DNA of 62,651 nt from contig MNVC01000012.1 of NCBI GenBank assembly GCA_001871435.1, positions 1 to 62,651 on the forward strand, in the 5' to 3' direction. This DNA is from Candidatus Magasanikbacteria bacterium CG1_02_32_51 (GTDB lineage: Bacteria; Patescibacteriota; Patescibacteriia; Magasanikbacterales; UBA922). Positions 62,651 to 62,651 of the stretch are shown here, piece by piece; within the stretch, counting starts at the first letter, position 1, and each line of letters opens with the position of its first letter. Below the pieces are notes generated by a model. The model made no database searches. It saw only the letters and a list, made by a program, of their open reading frames with translations, and was not told where the DNA came from. Both the position numbers and the translations under genes were made by a program.

Positions 62651-62651
62651 A

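Noticed and set aside
1-62651. Alternative genetic code (UGA or UAG reassignment, as in some candidate phyla)
   Set aside because: Conserved genes end cleanly at TAA, TAG and TGA (for example 4059-6413 ends in TGA and 6493-7869 in TAG). Long housekeeping ORFs are intact under the standard code. The two in-frame TAGs are better explained as pseudogenisation.
1-62651. CRISPR arrays, rRNA and tRNA genes
   Set aside because: No regularly spaced direct repeats with unique spacers were seen, and no tRNA-like T-arm (GGTTCGAATCC-type) or rRNA-like conserved blocks. The repeats present are palindromic and dispersed.

Overview
This is a gene-dense, strongly AT-rich chromosomal segment, apparently from a small-genome bacterium. 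The compact housekeeping proteins, the near absence of Shine-Dalgarno (SD) motifs and the standard genetic code are compatible with a Patescibacteria/CPR-like organism, but that placement is inference only. No rRNA, tRNA or CRISPR array was recognised.

Recognisable genes: an hrcA-grpE-hsp20-dnaK-(dead RAYT)-dnaJ heat-shock locus with tandem CIRCE operators; recJ, rnhA, lepA, murJ, corA, uvrB, hup, rny, truB, tkt, infB, trxA, an ECF-like sigma factor, leuS, uppP, gpsA, cca and yidC; a MacAB-like efflux set; and a type II restriction-modification pair.

Five things stand out:
1. At least eight families of short interspersed palindromic repeats fill the intergenic regions. One GC-hairpin family (CCGCC-CAA-GGCGG, often followed by ACAAG) also lies in frame inside dnaK, dnaJ, uvrB, truB, tkt and an abrB-like gene, as Rickettsia palindromic elements do.
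2. Four visibly GC-richer single-gene cassettes each carry a GGAG-type ribosome binding site and a hairpin terminator. Three also show a full -35/-10 promoter; the third has only a TTGACA -35. Nearly all native genes lack an SD, which argues for recent foreign acquisition.
3. LeuRS carries a complete Nudix hydrolase domain inserted in a surface loop.
4. A PKD/7TM protein sits next to a fusion of a RimK-like ATP-grasp ligase with a DUF1704 (QEGLA/HExxH) metallopeptidase.
5. A surface-protein operon is built from transcobalamin-like parts (DUF4430 plus an alpha/alpha toroid) and a small polytopic membrane protein.

Repeat coordinates are approximate to within a few nucleotides. All family assignments come from motif recognition by eye, not from database searches.
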